Positions 61,346 to 64,000 of a stretch of 64,000 nt of DNA are shown one piece after another (within the stretch, counting starts at the first letter, position 1; the number at the start of each line of letters is the position of its first letter). The stretch is from Octopus sinensis (Eukaryota). The notes under the pieces were generated by a model. The model did no database searches. It saw only the letters and a list, made by a program, of their open reading frames with translations, and was not told the origin of the DNA. Location of the stretch: NCBI RefSeq assembly GCF_006345805.1, contig NC_042998.1:160084001-160148000 (forward strand). Reading direction: 5' to 3'. The position numbers were made by a program, and so were the translations under genes.

Positions 61346-61608
61346 AACTTATTATTTAATGTAGCGCTATGCATCAATTCTTATGTTTTACCTATTGTGT
61401 TTTATATATATATATATATATATGTATATATCAGTTGGCATGATAGATCGGTAGCCACTACACACATTTTTTTTCTCTCCTTGTTTCTTTCTGTGTTCCT
61501 TTCTGTGGAAGAGCATAGGCTCGAAACGTAAAAGACTTTTTCAATTTCCGAGCGTTATACTAATACATCTGTTTGTTTTCTATACCACTTGTCTTTTTCA
61601 TGAATTCT

Positions 61609-61655
<47 letters not shown>

Positions 61656-62860
61656 TGCATGCATATACGTATATATAGCATTAAGGAATAAGGATTTAAA
61701 ATCTGTGCAGGTACCTTATTACCACTCTGATATAATCTAGATCTGGCTAACTACATCGAATGACAGAGAACATACAGAATCATTTACAATAAACAATTAA
61801 CTGATACTTCATTTGGTAGATAACTCCTCAGTTTGTTTTATTGGATTTTATACAGCATGCAGAGTATAACATCAAGACAGCCTAAAGAATGGAGAATTAT
61901 ACATCTTCAAAATTTATTTATCACAGTATTATTCTTATCAAATTTCAATCCGACACAAGTTTCTGTTGGATAGGTGTCCTAGTGTCCTTTGATGTAGCAT
62001 TTATATGCATTTGGTTGATTCATTTGCAGTACATATTCATCCAAGGTAGGCATTGCTATGCAGCTTTGTTCAAGGTTTTGTCCATGCAGTTTAATTGTTG
62101 ACATAGATACATCATCCACATACATCCTAAACGTTCTGTTTTTATGAACAAAGACCGAGAAAATCGTTGAATTGGGATACGATAATCTAGTGTCTTCCAA
62201 CAGCACAAAGACAGTCACTACACATACCAAAGAAATAGTCATCCACCCTAAATCTGAATAACATTCTCTCCTTATCTATGAACTACTCATTTAAATCCTC
62301 AACATTACTACAAAGTTATATAACCCCTGACTTTTCACAATAACTTTACATTATCATGAAGACCAGAAAGTACTTCAATTTTGATCAGTTGACTTAAGTT
62401 CTAGCTCACAGATATGAAGTTTCCTCTCCTCCTCCTCTGTATGAACATCACTTGAAACCTCTGTTGGTTTGTTTACGTCCTCATTATTTAGCGATAGAAT
62501 AGATACCAGGTTTTCAAAAATAAGTACTGGGACCCTTAATCCTTTTGTTGCCGTATTTCTGCCATCGTTTCTGTTTATTTGAATATAATGAAGAATTTAT
62601 TAAAATAACTTTTTCATTACTAAACTGTTTTTGGAACATAAATTAACGTAAAATTCTGATAGGTTTTAATTTAGAATACTTCAAAACTGGAAGTTTGCTT
62701 CAGAGAACGAGAGTTGGTCTCAAGCAGGCGGTGCTCCCAGCATGACCGCAATCTAATGAGTGGAACAAGATAAAAGATAATATTGGGATTACTACTACTA
62801 CAGACACCCTAGACTGCATGCAAAAGAAGGCCATTGGTTGACTGAAAAGAATTCACTCAC

Positions 62861-63080
62861 CAGCTCATTACAATTATCGGCTTTCCGAGACATTTGTTGT
62901 CTACCTCTTTTACAATTATTACATCGGCCTCTGTCCTTAATTTCGTATGTTGTGATTCTATTTTCATTAAATAATGTGCGAGTTCTCTCCCTTACAAAAC
63001 CGGCTTGAAAATCATCTCCGGCAAAATTCGCCAGATGCACTTCTCTTTTCTTCTCTCTTCTGCGTCTGTGCACTAAATAG
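62861..63080 (-). other. Probable first (5' UTR) exon of the FASTKD5-like transcription unit
   Basis: CpG-richer non-repetitive patch ending in a consensus donor CTG|GTGAGT at 62861/62860, same strand and upstream of the acceptor at ~57081; 5' boundary approximate. Confidence 0.5.
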
Positions 63081-63364
63081 ATTTTCCCTAATAATTACTC
63101 CCTACAACTCTACAAATCTTTCTTTCTTTTTTTTTTGGCAGAAATCGAACTTAAATTAAGCATTAACTGTACTGTGTTGTTTCTTATAAGTATCATGAAA
63201 GGAAACTCTAACAGCATGCAAACGTTTTATCAAATCATGAACTTATTGATGGATTTCAAGAAATAGCGACTTGAAATGAAATAAGTTTGTAGATGTTTAT
63301 GCTGCATAATTTTTGAAGGTTATAATGAAATTTCAAAGTCTGTTAACCTTGTATTCTGTAGACA

Positions 63365-63785
63365 CTGGGGTGGCTGTGTGTTAAGATGTTTGCTTCCCAA
63401 ACACATGGTTCTGGGCTTGGTCAAGTGTCTTGGACAAGTGTTTTTTGATAGAGCCCCAAGCTGGTCAAGGCCTTTGGATGGATTTAGTAGACAGAAACTG
63501 ATAGAAGCTGATCGTATGTATGCATGTATATGTGAGCGTGTGCATGTTTGTGTGTCCTTGTCTGGACATTATATGGTAGTTGTAAAATGATTGTCACTGT
63601 CATACAAGCAGTAACATTCATTTCCAATATTCTGTGAAAAGAAGTTTTCTACGGGGAAACATTAGCTTGCTTGGAAACAGGTAAGGGTTGGTCACAGGAA
63701 GGGCATCAGGCCATAGAAAAATTTGCCTCAGTAAGATTTGTCTGATCTATGCAAGCATGGAAAAGGGAACATTAAAAGGATGATG
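63365..63785 (+). mobile_element. SINE with RTE-type 3' tail
   Basis: tRNA-like head gtggctgtgtgttaag; tail gcatggaaaagggaacattaaaaggatgatg. Confidence 0.7.
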
Positions 63786-63870
63786 GTGAGTTATGGAGAT
63801 TTTAACGATTCAGGCTGAGTCCTTCAGGGTTGAGATGAAAATGGTAGGGAAAGGAAAAACAGAGTTTTAC

Positions 63871-63904
<34 letters not shown>

Positions 63905-63909
<5 letters not shown>

Positions 63910-64000
63910 TTAGCCTAGATGAGATGCAGATTGGTTTTGTGCCAAGCAGAAGCACTACTGATGCTATATTTCTGGTAGGGTAACTGCAGGAGAAACATAT
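63905..64000 (+). mobile_element. RTE-type RT fragment running off the window
   Basis: LDEMQIGFVPSRSTTDAIF..LQEKH. Confidence 0.7.

Overview
AT-rich, repeat-dense animal genomic DNA. The SINE/LINE/MITE families look coleoid cephalopod (Octopus-like); this is an inference from repeat content. One host gene can be reconstructed by hand: a minus-strand FASTKD5-like mitochondrial RNA-processing gene with 7 coding exons (57046-41136, 2010 nt, 669 aa), including a 21-nt microexon and a probable first exon near 62.9-63.1 kb. Most of the rest is nested transposable elements. These include a near-full-length RTE LINE with C-terminal C2H2 fingers whose 5' UTR carries a Mag-type Ty3/Gypsy element with gag-protease-integrase but no RT/RNase H and a 50-bp 5' LTR. 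A second RTE has its 3' half duplicated in inverted orientation, with reciprocal SINE and mariner insertions. There are also several Tc1/mariner elements, Penelope remnants, Dong/R4-like and Hero-like RLE LINE remnants, Helitron and piggyBac-type MITEs and many SINEs. The least expected structures are a set of fold-back elements, several carrying minimal hammerhead-ribozyme-like motifs; a near-perfect ~140-bp-arm hairpin built around an LINE/SINE 3' tail; a non-coding ~540-bp element sitting in the TAA tail of a Dong-like LINE; and two unexplained exon-like ORFs flanking the FASTKD5 gene. Most short ORFs in the supplied track are microsatellite or antisense noise. All coordinates and alignments were read by eye.
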